From an uncultured Gammaproteobacteria bacterium (GTDB lineage Bacteria > Patescibacteriota > Microgenomatia > UBA10105 > UBA927): a DNA stretch of 64,000 nt. The number at the start of each line of letters is the position of its first letter. The stretch's first letter is position 1. The stretch spans positions 14,209 through 78,208 of the forward strand of contig CAZUOM010000004.1 of NCBI GenBank assembly GCA_964621305.1, written 5' to 3'. This document shows, piece after piece, positions 16,941 to 28,199 of this stretch. The position numbers and the translations under genes were made by a program. A model generated the notes under the pieces. That model had not been told where the DNA came from and ran no database searches. It worked only from the letters and a program-made list of their open reading frames with translations.

Positions 16941-18303
16941 ATACGGTTTCCGAAAGCAGGAAAACTACCTTTTCAAGTCCAAAAAGGGGTTGGACGCTAC
17001 TGTCGTGGTGGACATCAGTTGGCATAAGAGTGAACCGGAATGGATGAGACAGTTCCGCTTGCGTGCACTTCAAGTATTTGAAAGGAAATCAATGCCGACG
17101 TGGGGAGCTGACTTATCAACGATTAATTTTGATGACATTTATTACTACATTAAGCCAACAGAAAAGAAAGCAGGCAATTGGAACGAATTACCCAAAGAGA
17201 TCCGTGAGACGTACGACGCTATAGGAATTCCCGAGGCAGAAAAAAAGTTTCTTGCCGGGGTTTCGGCACAGTACGAGAGCGAAGTAGTGTATAAAAGCAT
17301 CCAATCTATGCTTTCAAAAAAAGGAGTCATTTTTTTAGATATGGATTCGGGGCTTCGCGAGTACCCGGAAATTGTGAAACAGTACTTCGGGACAGTTATT
17401 CCTCCCGCTGATAACAAGTTTTCCGCGCTCAATAGCTCCGTTTGGTCAGGTGGTTCATTTGTCTATGTGCCGGCCGGCGTCCGTGTTGACCTGCCGCTTC
17501 AGGCATACTTTCGCATCAATGCCGCAAACATGGGGCAGTTTGAGCGGACACTCATCATTGCGGAAGAAGGCAGTTATGTGCACTACGTCGAGGGTTGTAG
17601 CGCGCCCGTTTATACAACCGACTCCCTCCACAGCGCAGTTGTTGAGATTGTCGTAAAGCCGAGAGCGCGGGTTCGCTACACGACAATCCAAAACTGGAGC
17701 ACCAATGTCTATAACCTCGTCACCAAGCGCGCACGGGTGGAGGAAGAAGGAGTGATGGAATGGGTCGACGGGAATCTGGGAAGTAAGATCACCATGAAGT
17801 ACCCGAGCATTTATCTTATGGGTCCTAAGGCTCGAGGTGAAGTGCTCTCTATTGCATACGCCGGGCCGCATCAGCATCAGGATGCAGGAGGAAAAGCAGT
17901 GCATCTGGCAGCAGAAACAACCTCGCAGATTATTTCCAAATCCGTCAGTCGTGGAGGCGGACGGACATCGTATCGAGGTCTTGTTCAAGTGGTCAAAGGT
18001 GCGACCAATGTCAAAAGTAAAGTGGTCTGCGACGCGTTGCTTTTAGATGAGGATTCGCGTTCAGACACCTATCCCACAATGAAAATTGACGAGCAGGAAG
18101 TGACCATCGAGCACGAGGCGACGGTATCCAAAATCGGCGACGAGCAGTTGTTTTACTTGCAAAGTCGCGGCATCGACAAAGGGCAAGCGCAGTCGATGAT
18201 CGTCAACGGATTTATCGAGCCGATCGTCAAGGAACTGCCTCTAGAATACGCGGTTGAGATGAACCGTTTAATCCAATTACAGATGGAGGGATCAGTCGGA
18301 TGA
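16909..18303 (+). CDS. sufB: Fe-S cluster assembly protein SufB
   Basis: [43 protein letters not shown] end; start ATG 16909. Confidence 0.96.
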   Translation: MQTQPIVGDYKYGFRKQENYLFKSKKGLDATVVVDISWHKSEPEWMRQFRLRALQVFERKSMPTWGADLSTINFDDIYYYIKPTEKKAGNWNELPKEIRETYDAIGIPEAEKKFLAGVSAQYESEVVYKSIQSMLSKKGVIFLDMDSGLREYPEIVKQYFGTVIPPADNKFSALNSSVWSGGSFVYVPAGVRVDLPLQAYFRINAANMGQFERTLIIAEEGSYVHYVEGCSAPVYTTDSLHSAVVEIVVKPRARVRYTTIQNWSTNVYNLVTKRARVEEEGVMEWVDGNLGSKITMKYPSIYLMGPKARGEVLSIAYAGPHQHQDAGGKAVHLAAETTSQIISKSVSRGGGRTSYRGLVQVVKGATNVKSKVVCDALLLDEDSRSDTYPTMKIDEQEVTIEHEATVSKIGDEQLFYLQSRGIDKGQAQSMIVNGFIEPIVKELPLEYAVEMNRLIQLQMEGSVG

Positions 18304-18905
18304 AAACTGTTGTAAGAGAAATTACGGAAAACGATGAGAGATTAGAATATTCTCTGGGCAGTCACGAAAAGTTGACGCTAGTTATTATCATATCGGGACC
18401 AACCAAAGAGGTTGTCGCGCGCATTCGCTTGGCTGGAGTCGGTGCAAAAGCTGACATTCTCGGTTTTGTGGTAGGTAAGGGCGATAAGCAATTTACTCTA
18501 CACACTTTACAAGAACATGTAGCGCCTGGCACGACTAGCAATTTATTGGTCAAGAGTGTTCTATCTGATAAAGCAAGGTTTTCTTATGACGGCGGAATCA
18601 AAGTTGAACGCAAAGCCCAGAAAACCGACGCATACCAGCGGAATGAGAATTTACTGCTCTCCAAAACTGCTACGGCAGAAAGCAAGCCGGCACTAGAGAT
18701 TTTAGCTAACGACGTACGCTGCACGCACGGGGCTACTGTGGGCATGGTGCCAAAAGACCAGCTCTGGTATCTTGCCACTCGCGGCGTGTCTAAAACTCAA
18801 GCCGAGCAGCTCATTGTGACGGGATTTTTACATAGTGCGCTGGATAGAATTCAATCGAAAGTTGCTCGAAAGGAGGTAGAGGAAAAACTATGGCAGATTT
18901 TGTAA
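18300..18905 (+). CDS. sufD: SufD-like protein (short form)
   Basis: [38 protein letters not shown]. Confidence 0.88.
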   Translation: MKTVVREITENDERLEYSLGSHEKLTLVIIISGPTKEVVARIRLAGVGAKADILGFVVGKGDKQFTLHTLQEHVAPGTTSNLLVKSVLSDKARFSYDGGIKVERKAQKTDAYQRNENLLLSKTATAESKPALEILANDVRCTHGATVGMVPKDQLWYLATRGVSKTQAEQLIVTGFLHSALDRIQSKVARKEVEEKLWQIL

Positions 18906-19201
18906 AGGTATTAGGCTTTGGCGATCTACCGGAAGGATCCATGAAGCAAGTAGTCGTTGGTAGCAAACGTATTGCACTTGCAAACGTAGACGGTCAAGTT
19001 TTTGCCGTTGACGACACGTGCAACCACGAGGAATGCTCTCTTGCTAACGAAGGGTTTCTTGATGGTGCGGTCATCACCTGCGGCTGTCACGGAGCTCAGT
19101 TTGACGCTACTAGCGGTAAAATGTTGGCCCTCCCAGCAACAGGAGATCTTGTTTCATACGAAACGAAAGTAGAAAACGGAGGGATATATGTCAAAATATA
19201 G
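18890..19201 (+). CDS. Rieske-type [2Fe-2S] ferredoxin
   Basis: CNH...CGCHG..FD motifs. Confidence 0.92.
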   Translation: MADFVKVLGFGDLPEGSMKQVVVGSKRIALANVDGQVFAVDDTCNHEECSLANEGFLDGAVITCGCHGAQFDATSGKMLALPATGDLVSYETKVENGGIYVKI

Positions 19202-20399
19202 AAAAGACTTTCCGCTATTGACGAGGAAAATAAACAGCAAACCCATCGTTTATCTTGACTCGACGGCAACCTCACTGAAGCCACAGCCGGTTATCGATGT
19301 AGTAGTTAATTATTATCGCTGGTACTCGGCCAACGTCCACCGCGGCATTTACACGATTTCGGAGGAAGCGACAGAGAAATGTGAAAGCGCGAGAAAGAAA
19401 GTAGCAGATTTTATCCACGCCCCGTCGGTTGACGAAACCATTTTTACTGGCGGGACCACAGAGTCAGTTAATTTGGTCGCTTCAGGTATCGGAAAAACGC
19501 TCTCCTCCGGCGATAACGTAGTAACAACGATCATGGAGCATCACTCCAACTTTGTTCCGTGGCAGCAGGTGGCAAAAGAAAGGAGTTTAGAGTTTAGAGT
19601 TTGGAGCGTAGAGAAAGACGGAACACTAAATTTGGAAGAATTGGAGAAATTAATTACTCGAAGAACAAAAGTACTCGCAATTGCTGCTGTATCCAACGTG
19701 CTCGGGACAATTAATCCTATTAAAACAATTGTTGGAAAAGTAAAGCGTCTTAGTCCCAAGTGCATTGTTGTCGTTGATGCAGCTCAAGCAGTCCCGCACA
19801 TGCCAGTAGATGTTGCCAATTGGGGAGCCGACTTTGTGGCGTTTTCCGGTCACAAAATGCTCGGCCCTACAGGCATCGGTGTTCTGTGGGGAAAGATGGA
19901 ACGACTTGGGGAGCTTGCTCCATACCACTATGGCGGCGAGATGATTTCAGAAGTTCACGTTGATCATACGCATTTTAAAAACCCCCCGCAAAAATTTGAG
20001 GCAGGAACGCCGCATATCGCAGGAGCTATCGGATTAGGAGCAGCGATTGATTATTTAACGAAAGTTGGGGTGGAAAACATAAGAAATCACGAAAAAGAAA
20101 TTACACATTATGCCTTACGGATTTTACGCGATGTCAATATTATTGGACCAAAAAACGCCGAAGATCGAGGCGGAGTTATCACATTCACAATGAAAGGAGC
20201 TCATCCCCATGATATCGCGCAAGTATTAGACGAGGACAACATCTGTATCCGCGCCGGTCACCACTGCGCCATGCCGCTCCATGAGTATCTTGGACTTTCT
20301 GCCACAGCGCGGGCTTCCTTTTATATGTATACAACCAAAGAAGACGTTGATGCGCTGGTTGAGGGTATAGAAAAAACAAAGCGATTATTATCAAAATAA
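19188..20399 (+). CDS. sufS: Cysteine desulfurase SufS
   Basis: YLDSTAT, EHHSN, FSGHKMLGPTGIG, FEAGTP, RAGHHCA. Confidence 0.96.
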   Translation: MSKYRKDFPLLTRKINSKPIVYLDSTATSLKPQPVIDVVVNYYRWYSANVHRGIYTISEEATEKCESARKKVADFIHAPSVDETIFTGGTTESVNLVASGIGKTLSSGDNVVTTIMEHHSNFVPWQQVAKERSLEFRVWSVEKDGTLNLEELEKLITRRTKVLAIAAVSNVLGTINPIKTIVGKVKRLSPKCIVVVDAAQAVPHMPVDVANWGADFVAFSGHKMLGPTGIGVLWGKMERLGELAPYHYGGEMISEVHVDHTHFKNPPQKFEAGTPHIAGAIGLGAAIDYLTKVGVENIRNHEKEITHYALRILRDVNIIGPKNAEDRGGVITFTMKGAHPHDIAQVLDEDNICIRAGHHCAMPLHEYLGLSATARASFYMYTTKEDVDALVEGIEKTKRLLSK

Positions 20400-20401
20400 T
20401 T

Positions 20402-20761
20402 ATGGATCTCTATCGTGATCTTATCCTTGATCACTACCACAATCCCCGAAACTTTGGCCACTTGGGAAAACCAGACGTCGTTGTAGAAGAATACAATGCG
20501 TCCTGTGGTGATAAAATTGTCATGGAGATTACTTTCGATACTCGAGTCAAGGATATTCGCTTCAGCGGAGAAGGCTGTGCGATCAGTCAAGCCAGTGCAT
20601 CAATGCTCACCGAAAGAGCAAAGACGTTAGACAAAAAAAAGATTCTCAGCATGAGCCTTGATGATATTACAAACATGCTTGGAACTACCCTTACTCCTTC
20701 GCGTACGAAATGCGCACTACTACCTCTTGAAGTGTTGCAGAAAGCAATTGCGAAGATATAA
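20402..20761 (+). CDS. sufU: SufU-type sulfur-transfer/scaffold protein
   Basis: LYRDLILDHY..PRN.G, CGD, GCAISQASAS, R.KCA.L. Confidence 0.93.
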   Translation: MDLYRDLILDHYHNPRNFGHLGKPDVVVEEYNASCGDKIVMEITFDTRVKDIRFSGEGCAISQASASMLTERAKTLDKKKILSMSLDDITNMLGTTLTPSRTKCALLPLEVLQKAIAKI

Positions 20762-20773
20762 AATCGATAGCAC

Positions 20774-21028
20774 ATGGATGTTAATGATCCGAAAGTTGTA
20801 AGAAAAATTCGCCGATTCACTATGCGCATCGATCGTGGTTTGTGTATCGGTGCGGCAACCTGTGTTGCAATTGCGCCCAAAGGTTGGGCGCTGGATGAGG
20901 AGGCAAAAGCATACATTTTGGAGACGGCTGAGGAAGAAACCGACGAAACGCTTCTTGAGGCAGCCAAAAGTTGTCCAGTGATGGCCATCATTATCACCGA
21001 CGAAACCGGGAAGCAAGTATACCCGTAA
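20774..21028 (+). CDS. Single-cluster ferredoxin, probably [3Fe-4S]
   Basis: CIGAATC...AAKSCPVMAI; second Cys of CxxCxxC replaced by Ala. Confidence 0.88.
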   Translation: MDVNDPKVVRKIRRFTMRIDRGLCIGAATCVAIAPKGWALDEEAKAYILETAEEETDETLLEAAKSCPVMAIIITDETGKQVYP

Positions 21029-21029
21029 A

Positions 21030-21182
21030 ATCTATTTTTAAGCCTTCCCTGGTTGAGATTAGCATCTCGAGCTTTTTGTAGCTAATCGTCTCCGCCGCAT
21101 CGGAGTCGGGATCTACGGCGATGATTGCTTCTTTATTTGGATATTTTTGTGCATTATCTGAAAGAATCTTGTCTAAAGACAT
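21030..21182 (-). pseudogene. N-terminal remnant of an adenylate-forming (AMP-binding) enzyme
   Basis: MSLDKILSDNAQKYPNKEAIIAVD....ETISYKKL matches acyl-CoA synthetase N-terminus, then similarity ends. Confidence 0.5.
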
Positions 21183-21245
21183 TTCGTAATAATAATCAAT
21201 CTCGCTAGAAAAAACCACACGACTGTGATAGGCTAAGAGGATTAT

Positions 21246-22967
21246 ATGGAAAGCGTCACCTGGAAAATCGGTGGAGAGGCAGGGTTTGGCATTATGGCCT
21301 CGGGGACCATGCTCGCTCGAGCCATGAGTCGAGGGGGCTACCATGTGTTTGCCACGAACGAGTACCCCTCGCTCATCCGCGGTGGACACAATGTGGTAAC
21401 GATGCGGATTGCTACTTCTGCGTTTCACGCTCTCAACCTAGGCGTCCATATTTTGGTCGCGCTCAACAAAGAGACCGTAGAGTTTCACAAAGACGAGTTA
21501 TCCACCGGCGCTATAGTCGTCTTTGATCCACAAGACCACGCCTGGCAGGCAACCGATTTTCCCAAAAAGGCTGAACTGGTAGCCATTCCGCTTCGACAGA
21601 TGGTCGCCTCAAAGGCTGTCGATCCTGTGATGCGCAACACCATTACCTTGGGAGCTACCATAGCTTTATTGGGTAAGCCGTTTGAAGCGCTTTCGACAGT
21701 CATTAGCGACCAGTTTAAGCGAAAAGGGCAGGAAGTCGTTGACGCAAACGTTTCCATTGCCAAACTTGGCTATGATCACATCAAAGAAAAATTTCCCAAC
21801 TTGACCGGTGTGGCTCTTTCGGAAGGCAACGAGAACGGGCGCAAGCTTCTAGTCAATGGTAGTGAGGCGATTGGTATTGGTGCGGTGCGGGCGGGGCTAA
21901 AATTTGCAGCCATTTACCCCATGACGCCGATTAATTCCCTAATTACGTATCTAGCCGATCACACCAAACAATTTGGACTAGTGTATAAACAGCCGGAAGA
22001 TGAAATCGCTGGCATCAATATGGCAATCGGCGCCTCTGTTGCCGGGGTTCGGAGTATGGTGGCAACCAGTGGTGGCGGTTTTGCGTTGATGGTAGAAGGG
22101 TTATCGCTTGCGGGCATGATCGAAGTGCCATTGGTTATCGACATGGGGATGAGGGTAGGGCCTGCCACCGGCATGCCAACTTATACAGAGCAAGGAGAGC
22201 TACAGTTTCTTATTCACGCCGGACACGGAGAGTTCCCTCGGATAATTTTAGCTCCGGGTGACGCTGCGGAAGCGTATGCATTGACTATTGAGGCATTTAA
22301 TCTCGCTGACCAATTTCAAGTGCCGGTTTTTGTTCTGACCGATAAATACCTTAATGAAAGCCAGTGGTGTGTGCCGGCAAGCGAGTTTCAAAAAGAAGTG
22401 GTTATTGATCGAGGTAAACTTGTAATTACTTCAGATGAAGGTTTTAAAAGATATGATTTGACTGCGTCTGACGGCATTTCACCGCGAAGTGTACCGGGTA
22501 TGAAAAATGGTCTCTACTGGGCTAACTCGTATGAACACGATGAGGTTGGTCACGTGACGGAAAAGGCAGCCGGGCGGGCAGCTATGGTAGACAAGCGCCT
22601 GAAAAAACAGGCAGCAATAGAAAAAATCGCAAAACCTCCGACCGTCTACGGTAACCTAGATGCGCCGATTTCATTTGTCACATGGGGATCAACAAAAGGG
22701 CCGGTATTAGAGGCAATTCAAAATTCAAAATTCAAAATTCAAAATGAAACTGTAAATATCATTCATTTTTCTTGGGTGTATCCTTTCCCTTCGGCAGTGG
22801 CCGCGTTACTGGCTGGAAAAAAACGCATTATTGACGTAGAGCAGAATGCAACAGGGCAACTGGCGGCCCTTATCAGGGAGCACACAGGGATTGAGATAAC
22901 AGAGAAATTGCTAAAATACGATGGCAGACCATTTTTTCCAGAAGAAATACTTGAAAGAGTAGCTTAG
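21246..22967 (+). CDS. korA: 2-oxoacid:ferredoxin oxidoreductase alpha subunit (gamma-alpha fusion)
   Basis: GGEAGFGI, YPSLIRGG, YPMTP, QPEDEIA, TSGGGF, GPATGMPT, E.NATGQL. Confidence 0.93.
   Translation: MESVTWKIGGEAGFGIMASGTMLARAMSRGGYHVFATNEYPSLIRGGHNVVTMRIATSAFHALNLGVHILVALNKETVEFHKDELSTGAIVVFDPQDHAWQATDFPKKAELVAIPLRQMVASKAVDPVMRNTITLGATIALLGKPFEALSTVISDQFKRKGQEVVDANVSIAKLGYDHIKEKFPNLTGVALSEGNENGRKLLVNGSEAIGIGAVRAGLKFAAIYPMTPINSLITYLADHTKQFGLVYKQPEDEIAGINMAIGASVAGVRSMVATSGGGFALMVEGLSLAGMIEVPLVIDMGMRVGPATGMPTYTEQGELQFLIHAGHGEFPRIILAPGDAAEAYALTIEAFNLADQFQVPVFVLTDKYLNESQWCVPASEFQKEVVIDRGKLVITSDEGFKRYDLTASDGISPRSVPGMKNGLYWANSYEHDEVGHVTEKAAGRAAMVDKRLKKQAAIEKIAKPPTVYGNLDAPISFVTWGSTKGPVLEAIQNSKFKIQNETVNIIHFSWVYPFPSAVAALLAGKKRIIDVEQNATGQLAALIREHTGIEITEKLLKYDGRPFFPEEILERVA
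22715..22745 (+). repeat. In-frame heptamer repeat (AATTCAA)x4 in korA
   Basis: Same unit as in gltX; IQNSKFKIQN. Confidence 0.85.
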
Positions 22968-23024
22968 TAGCTTATTTTTTTCTAGCTTAGTTTTGCTAAG
23001 TTGCTTGACTTGCTAAGCTGCTAA
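22964..23024 (+). other. Intergenic hairpin between korA and korB
   Basis: ttagtagctta pairs with taagctgctaa; inner agcttag/ctaagtt stem. Confidence 0.45.
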
Positions 23025-23035
23025 ACTTTCTATTT

Positions 23036-23899
23036 ATGGCATCAATAACTGCAGATCAGCTTAAAACTGGTTTTCTTCCTACCTGGTGTCCTGGGTGTGG
23101 AGACTTTGGCATTTGGATGTCGCTGCGGCAGGCGCTCTCTAACCTCGGTATAGGCCCGGACGACGGGCTGATCGTTTACGGCATTGGTTGCCACGGCAAC
23201 ATGTATGACTGGATGAATATGTATGCAGTTGAGGGGCTTCACGGCCGGGCGTTGCCAGTGGCACAGGGAGCAAAATTGGCTAATCACAAGCTTCCGGTGA
23301 TTGTCGTCTCCGGCGATGGAGACTGTTTGGGAGAAGGGGGCAATCACTTCATCCACGCCGCTAAAAGGAATCCCGATCTGACGGTCATCATTCACGACAA
23401 CCAAGTGTATGGACTTACGACCGGGCAGGCATCACCAACGGCCGATCAGGGCTTCAAAACCAAATCCACACCGGAAGGCGTAGTAGACCAGCCAGTCAAC
23501 CCGCTTACCCTTGCGCTGGTTTCCGGTGCCACCTACGTGGCGCGTGGATTTGCCGGTGACACGCCGGGACTTACTCAAATCATAGCCGAAGCCATCAGTC
23601 ATAAGGGGTTTTCTGTGGTCGATGCCCTCCAGCCTTGTGTCACATTTGATAAAGTTCATACATATCAGTGGTATAGGTCTCGGCTCTATCGGCTGGCGGA
23701 CGAAGGATTTGAACCAAACGACAAATTTAAAGCACTGGGCAAAGCCATGGAATGGGGAGATCGCATCCCAGTTGGCCTATTATATAAAGAAGAACGCCCA
23801 ACCAGCGAGGACAGAGAATCAGCCTTAGCAGGCGGCCCGCTCAACTCGCTGCCGTTGAATATTGAAAACCTACAGGAGCTTATTGACGAGTTTATTTAG
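23036..23899 (+). CDS. korB: 2-oxoacid:ferredoxin oxidoreductase beta subunit (TPP-binding)
   Basis: [37 protein letters not shown]. Confidence 0.94.
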   Translation: MASITADQLKTGFLPTWCPGCGDFGIWMSLRQALSNLGIGPDDGLIVYGIGCHGNMYDWMNMYAVEGLHGRALPVAQGAKLANHKLPVIVVSGDGDCLGEGGNHFIHAAKRNPDLTVIIHDNQVYGLTTGQASPTADQGFKTKSTPEGVVDQPVNPLTLALVSGATYVARGFAGDTPGLTQIIAEAISHKGFSVVDALQPCVTFDKVHTYQWYRSRLYRLADEGFEPNDKFKALGKAMEWGDRIPVGLLYKEERPTSEDRESALAGGPLNSLPLNIENLQELIDEFI

Positions 23900-23907
23900 T
23901 TGCATTA

Positions 23908-23946
23908 TTGACAGGACTTTTAGCACTTGTTATACTTGAGTGCCAG
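23908..23946 (+). promoter_or_regulatory. Sigma70 promoter with overlapping CIRCE (HrcA operator)
   Basis: TTGACA(23908)-17-TATACT(23931); TTAGCACTT-N9-GAGTGCCAG at 23920-23946. Confidence 0.85.
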
Positions 23947-23955
23947 AGAAACGAA

Positions 23956-26424
23956 ATGAATACACTTAATAAATCGACAGAACACGTTTTGCCAGTCGTA
24001 CCGATTAGAGATGGCATTGTTTTTCCCGGAATGGAAATGATTCTTACGTTCGGCCGTGCACGATCTGTGTCAGCAATAGATGCAGCTCAAGCAGGCCCGC
24101 GGCGCGTTATTTTATCTATGCAAAGAAATCCAGCAATCAACGACCCGACGCCCTCAGATCTTTATACGATGGGCACTGTAGGCGAGATTGTTCAGATGAT
24201 GCGCAATGAAGGAGAAATCAATGCGCTCGTTCGGGGTATTTCCAAGGTAGAAATTCTCTCCTATGAAACCGTGGAGCCGTTTTTTGTCGCGCGAGCTATT
24301 GAGCGAATCGATTCTGTTGAAGATAGCGACGAAACGAACGCTCTTATGCGTCATTTGACCGGAGAATTACGTCGTGCCGTCAACATGGGCAAATCAATGG
24401 ACTTTTTAACGTTTATGAACGTTATGTCAGGGCTTTCTCCACTCGCTCTTTCGTATCAGATAGCCGGAGTTTTAGATATCAAGCCAAGTGAACGCCAGGA
24501 ACTGCTTGAAATATCTTCCGTACGCGAGCGGTTAGAACGGGAAAGCGGCTATTTTGCCAAAGAAGTTAAAATTCTTGAACTTGAGAAAAAAATAGCCAGT
24601 AAGACGCAAGAAAAATTTGATAAAAACGTTCGTGAGCAAGTGCTTCGTGAGCGCATGAAGACGATCGAAAAAGAGCTTGGCGAGGAAGGAGAAAATAAGG
24701 AAACAAAGGAGTTATCCGATAAAATAAAAAAGGCAGGTATGCCCACAGAGGTGTTGGAAAAAGCACAAAAAGAACTTATCCGGTTGGGACAAATGTCACC
24801 CTATAATCCCGAAGCATCGTATCTTCGAACATATCTCGATTGGCTTATCGAGATGCCATGGAATGTTTCAAGTTCAAACAATGTGGACATTAAAGCCGCT
24901 GCAGTGGTATTAGATCAAGATCATTATGGCTTGATCAAAATCAAAGAACGCATATTAGAATATCTTGCCGTTATGAAACTCCGTTCCGGCCTTACAGAAA
25001 CAGAAGCTATATCTCAATCGCAGACTGTTCAAAGCAAAGGTGCAACTGAGAAAAAGAAAAGTAAGTCAGCACCTACGATCCTTTGTTTTGTAGGTCCTCC
25101 AGGAGTGGGAAAGACATCCATTGGAAAATCGATTGCACGGTCGTTGGGTCGTAAATTCGTCAAAATGTCTCTTGGCGGCATACGGGACGAAGCGGAAATC
25201 CGCGGCCATAGGAGGACCTACGTCGGGGCACTTCCTGGGCGGATTATTCAAGGCATAAAGCAAGCAGGGACCAAAAATCCGGTTTTTATGCTCGACGAAA
25301 TCGATAAAGTCGGTACTGATTTTCGAGGTGATCCTTCTTCGGCGCTTCTAGAGGCTCTTGACCCAGAGCAGAACTTTGCATTTTCGGATCATTACTTGGA
25401 TGTAGCCTTTGATCTTTCAGATGTTTTTTTTCTGACGACGTGTAATGTTTTAGACACTATTCCGCCTGCATTGCGTGATCGTTTGGAAGTTATTCATTTT
25501 CCGGGGTATACACAAGAAGAAAAATTTCATATTGGGCAGGACTATTTAGTAGAAAAACAGCGGGAAGCTCATGGTATTCCTATCGGTCTGGTTAAAATTT
25601 CCCATAGCGCCATAAATGAAATCATTTACCGGTACACGCGGGAAGCCGGCGTTCGCAACCTGGAGCGTCAAATTGCTACGTTATTTCGGAAAATAGCCAA
25701 AAAAATTGCAGAATCCAACGGTAAAAAATTTTCCGGCCTGACCATTGGGCCGAGTGAACTTCATAAGTATCTCGGTCCATATAAATTCAGCTCATATTTA
25801 GCTGAGAAAAAGAATGAAGTTGGCATGTCGACTGGCTTGGCTTGGACAGAAGCAGGCGGAGACATTCTTTTTATTGAAGTAGCGCTCATGCCGGGCAGGG
25901 GAAGCCTGACGCTTACTGGACAGCTTGGAGATGTCATGAAGGAATCAGGTCAGGCAGCACTCTCATACGTGCGAAGCCGTTACAAAATGCTCGGGCTGCC
26001 GGAGAAGTTTTTCCAAAAACTTGACATACATGTGCATGTTCCGGAAGGGGCTGTGCCCAAGGATGGCCCGTCAGCCGGTGCAGCCATTGGTACGGCCATT
26101 GTCTCGGCGCTGACGAAAATTCCATCTCGCAGAACGGTTGCTATGACCGGCGAAATCACTCTGCGCGGTAGAGTTCTGGAAATTGGTGGGGTGAAGGAAA
26201 AAGTTATCGCAGCGCACCGAGCCGGGATCAAAACGGTGATTTTGCCGAAAAATAATAAAAAAGATCTTGAAGATATTCCCAAAAAAGTTTTAAGCGATCT
26301 CATTTTTCACTTCGTTGAACACATGGACGAAGTTCTGCGGTTTGCCTTAACGAAACCCGTGCATGAAGAAAAAGAGATCGTCGAACCAACTTTGGGGAGT
26401 CAAGCGGCACACCTTACGGCTTAA
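23956..26424 (+). CDS. lon: Lon protease
   Basis: [39 protein letters not shown]; start ATG 23956. Confidence 0.97.
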   Translation: MNTLNKSTEHVLPVVPIRDGIVFPGMEMILTFGRARSVSAIDAAQAGPRRVILSMQRNPAINDPTPSDLYTMGTVGEIVQMMRNEGEINALVRGISKVEILSYETVEPFFVARAIERIDSVEDSDETNALMRHLTGELRRAVNMGKSMDFLTFMNVMSGLSPLALSYQIAGVLDIKPSERQELLEISSVRERLERESGYFAKEVKILELEKKIASKTQEKFDKNVREQVLRERMKTIEKELGEEGENKETKELSDKIKKAGMPTEVLEKAQKELIRLGQMSPYNPEASYLRTYLDWLIEMPWNVSSSNNVDIKAAAVVLDQDHYGLIKIKERILEYLAVMKLRSGLTETEAISQSQTVQSKGATEKKKSKSAPTILCFVGPPGVGKTSIGKSIARSLGRKFVKMSLGGIRDEAEIRGHRRTYVGALPGRIIQGIKQAGTKNPVFMLDEIDKVGTDFRGDPSSALLEALDPEQNFAFSDHYLDVAFDLSDVFFLTTCNVLDTIPPALRDRLEVIHFPGYTQEEKFHIGQDYLVEKQREAHGIPIGLVKISHSAINEIIYRYTREAGVRNLERQIATLFRKIAKKIAESNGKKFSGLTIGPSELHKYLGPYKFSSYLAEKKNEVGMSTGLAWTEAGGDILFIEVALMPGRGSLTLTGQLGDVMKESGQAALSYVRSRYKMLGLPEKFFQKLDIHVHVPEGAVPKDGPSAGAAIGTAIVSALTKIPSRRTVAMTGEITLRGRVLEIGGVKEKVIAAHRAGIKTVILPKNNKKDLEDIPKKVLSDLIFHFVEHMDEVLRFALTKPVHEEKEIVEPTLGSQAAHLTA

Positions 26425-27331
26425 GATAGTCAAAGACTAGCTTGGAAATTTTTGCCATCAATTGCTTCGTTTCTGCCTCATCGGTAATGTCGCTGGTAAA
26501 AATTCCCAGATAATAGCGCATTTTTCCGTCTTCTATGATTCCAACGTCATGAAGTTTTGCAGTCGCATCTCCTGTTTTGTGATAAACCGTGGCCGTTTTG
26601 GGTAGTAGTGGCGGGAGTCTATCTTCAAAATCACTGTCTTTTAGAAACGATTTAAGCTCCTCTGTGAGCGCTTGGTTGACAATTTTTCCATCTAGAAGAT
26701 TTGTGAGAAGAATTGCCACATCTCTGTTGCTAGTCTGGTTTGCTTCAACCATTTCTGTTTGTGTGAGCCCCCAGCCTGATAACATTTTTTGAACATGAGC
26801 TGTGGACACAAAGTAGACGGAAAGAATGTAGCCCGCGGTGTTATCGCTTTTTTGCATCATTAGCCGCGCTAAGGTTTTGATTGAGTAAGCGCTCCCGGGT
26901 TTTTCATAGCGGATTACACCTGTTCCGTAGTCTTGAATATCTTTCTCTTGGATCGTAATTTGCTTGTCTAAGTTAATACTTCCTTCCTGCGCTTTGCTGT
27001 AGAGGGCTACAAGAATCGGGATTTTATTGACAGAGGCTGCTTCGTACATTACGGTTTCATTGATGCCCATTTCGAAGGTACTCGTTAAGTCTTTTACTAG
27101 AACGGAATAATTTTTCCACGTGGCTCCGACGAGCGACTGGATCATGCCCCGCAGCTCCTGCGGGTTTTTCTTTTTGGCAAACAAGATGAGTTGGCGGTCG
27201 GGCTGTTTTGCCTTTTGTGAGGGGATCGGCGAGACGATCTTGGACCTGCTGGTTATTTTATGGCCGATGGCAAAGAATATCGCGATGGTCAATAAAGGGA
27301 GAAATAGTTTTCTTTTATGCCTCAAAAACAT
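26414..27331 (-). CDS. Serine hydrolase, class A beta-lactamase-like fold
   Basis: ASVNK, SDN, HKTG; N-terminal TM; TACAAT-6nt-ATG at 27331. Confidence 0.88.
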   Translation of the reverse strand: MFLRHKRKLFLPLLTIAIFFAIGHKITSRSKIVSPIPSQKAKQPDRQLILFAKKKNPQELRGMIQSLVGATWKNYSVLVKDLTSTFEMGINETVMYEAASVNKIPILVALYSKAQEGSINLDKQITIQEKDIQDYGTGVIRYEKPGSAYSIKTLARLMMQKSDNTAGYILSVYFVSTAHVQKMLSGWGLTQTEMVEANQTSNRDVAILLTNLLDGKIVNQALTEELKSFLKDSDFEDRLPPLLPKTATVYHKTGDATAKLHDVGIIEDGKMRYYLGIFTSDITDEAETKQLMAKISKLVFDYLKP

Positions 27332-27353
27332 GTACAAATTGTACCATCTTTTG

Positions 27354-27427
27354 TAGCGCGTGCGGGATTTGAACCCGCGATTTGTTGGTTGAGAACCAAC
27401 CGTCCTAGGCCACTAGACGAACGCGCC
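27354..27427 (-). tRNA. tRNA-Glu(CTC)
   Basis: GGCGCGT..GTTGG TTCTCAA CCAAC..GCGGG TTCAAAT CCCGC ACGCGCT A cloverleaf. Confidence 0.95.
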
Positions 27428-27455
27428 CTGTGCCATGATTTTATCATGGTGGTAC

Positions 27456-27549
27456 TTGACAGGACAAGTGAGATTAGTTTACAATACAGTTGTCCTACGC
27501 GAACTTATTCTGAGCGCTCCCTCGGTAGCTTTGAGGGGCGATTTTTTTT
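27456..27549 (+). promoter_or_regulatory. greA promoter and leader terminator
   Basis: TTGACA(27456)-18-TACAAT(27480); hairpin 27515-27540 followed by T8, about 125 nt before greA ATG. Confidence 0.7.
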
Positions 27550-27673
27550 GATGTGTTAGTTAATGAGCAAATTCTTATTTGCGAATTTACTAACCATCAA
27601 TTCCGTAGTTGCGACACCGTGACGTGAAGCTATAAGCTTCGGGAAGGGCGAGCATATTACTGGGATTAAACGT

Positions 27674-28138
27674 ATGAACGACCTGCATAAAATGGTCATG
27701 ACCAAAGACGGCTTGGTACAGCTGCGGGCTGAACACGAAGAGCTGGTTAAAATTAAGAGGCCAGAAATTGTCAAGCGGCTTTCAGACGCACGTGACCTGG
27801 GAGATTTATCCGAGAACAGCGAATATGCAGCAGCCAAACAAGACTTGGCATTTATCGACGGCCGTATAGCCGAACTTGAGGAAATACTTCACAGCGCAAA
27901 AGTAGTTACTACACACGGCAAGACGAAGGTTGACGTCGGCTGCAAAGTGACACTCCACCTTAACGGAAAACGTGAGGTGTTTACTGTCGTTGGCGAGTGG
28001 GAAGCAGACCCTTCCCAAAAGAAAATTTCGCACGAGTCGCCGCTAGGCAAGGCCCTTATCGGCAAAAAACTTGGAGATTCAGTGGAGGTGGCGGCACCTG
28101 CGGGCAAGCTCACCTACAAAATAATAGAGATAGAATAA
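27674..28138 (+). CDS. greA: Transcription elongation factor GreA
   Basis: ARDLGDLSENSEY, EADP...IS.ESPLGKALIG. Confidence 0.97.
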   Translation: MNDLHKMVMTKDGLVQLRAEHEELVKIKRPEIVKRLSDARDLGDLSENSEYAAAKQDLAFIDGRIAELEEILHSAKVVTTHGKTKVDVGCKVTLHLNGKREVFTVVGEWEADPSQKKISHESPLGKALIGKKLGDSVEVAAPAGKLTYKIIEIE

Positions 28139-28159
28139 AGCCAGACACAAGAAACAAAT

Positions 28160-28183
28160 AAACCCGCCGCAAGGCGGGTTTTT
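28160..28183 (+). terminator. Intrinsic terminator after greA
   Basis: AAACCCGCC-gcaa-GGCGGGTTTTT. Confidence 0.85.
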
Positions 28184-28199
28184 ATGTTAGTATAAAGCT

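Noticed and set aside
20994-21428. 144-aa minus ORF as a complete gene
   Set aside because: Its 5' half overlaps korA antisense; only the part from 21182 resembles a protein fragment.
26414-27331. Bona fide antibiotic-resistance beta-lactamase
   Set aside because: Only the generic SxxK/SDN/KTG motifs are seen, in a membrane-anchored protein; a cell-wall role is at least as likely.
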